Shown piece after piece: positions 63,700 to 64,000 of a DNA stretch of 64,000 bases; position 1 is the stretch's first letter, and each line of letters starts with the position of its first letter. The position numbers were made by a program, and so were the translations under genes. The stretch covers positions 88,662,001 to 88,726,000 of the forward strand of contig NC_087437.1 in NCBI RefSeq assembly GCF_036321535.1, given 5' to 3'. The notes beneath the pieces are model-generated. The model was not told the DNA's origin. It did no database searches and saw nothing but the letters and a program-made list of their open reading frames with translations. This stretch comes from Camelus dromedarius. Taxonomy: Eukaryota.

Positions 63700-64000
63700 T
63701 ACTTATGTCCTGGCCCCACTTTTCTTTCCAGCCTTACGTCTGACAGCCCCTCATTCTGTGGAGGAGCCCCAACCCTCTGGTAATCTCTGCTTTCCAGCCT
63801 TACTTCCCTTATCTACATGCTGTTGCTGGTTGGGAAGTGTTTCCTACTTTCTTCAGCCTCTGAAGACTCAGTTTGTGTTCTGTACCCCTGCTGCCTTCTC
63901 ATTTAATCCTTCCATCTCTCCAGCCATTTATATAGTTTATTCTTCTGAATCCTGCTGGAACTTTCCCCTCATTTTGATACTTTAAACATTCACCAAGCAT
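63700..64000 (+). mobile_element. L2 fragment
   Basis: cctggccccacttttctttccagcctt...gctggttgggaagtgtttcc...cttcagcctctgaagactcagttt. Confidence 0.55.

Noticed and set aside
1..64000. Prokaryotic-type systems or an identifiable host gene
   Set aside because: The sequence is eutherian repeat-rich DNA with no long ORFs, and no exon translated to a protein I recognise, so no host gene symbol is assigned

Overview
Mammalian, AT-rich, repeat-dense genomic DNA. It is most likely camelid (alpaca/llama/camel), because it contains a vic-1-type tRNA-Ala-derived SINE and two camelid-style L1 3' ends. I recognise no intact host protein-coding gene, so the window looks intergenic or intronic. The only ORFs with recognisable products are L1 ORF2 pieces, and I also read decayed gag and env remnants by eye. 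Main structures: (1) a 5.4 kb non-autonomous ERV1-class provirus (49823-55251) with both LTRs, a tRNA-Arg-like PBS, a PPT, a 4-bp TSD and a second internal PPT; (2) a composite L1 insertion (13553-15430) made of an L1 3' end, an orphan MLT1 fragment and an inverted ORF2 segment inside one TSD; (3) a CpG-rich, apparently young ~440 bp solo LTR nested in an old MLT1 (40386-40825); (4) a ~224 bp microsatellite-armed palindrome with unique 28-bp inverted ends (32951-33174); (5) a bare poly(A) insertion with a perfect 15-bp TSD that duplicates the proviral gag ATG. There are also many ancient MIR, L2, MER, Tigger and MaLR relics. Repeat-family names come from recalled consensus similarity, not from a search, and old-repeat boundaries are approximate.
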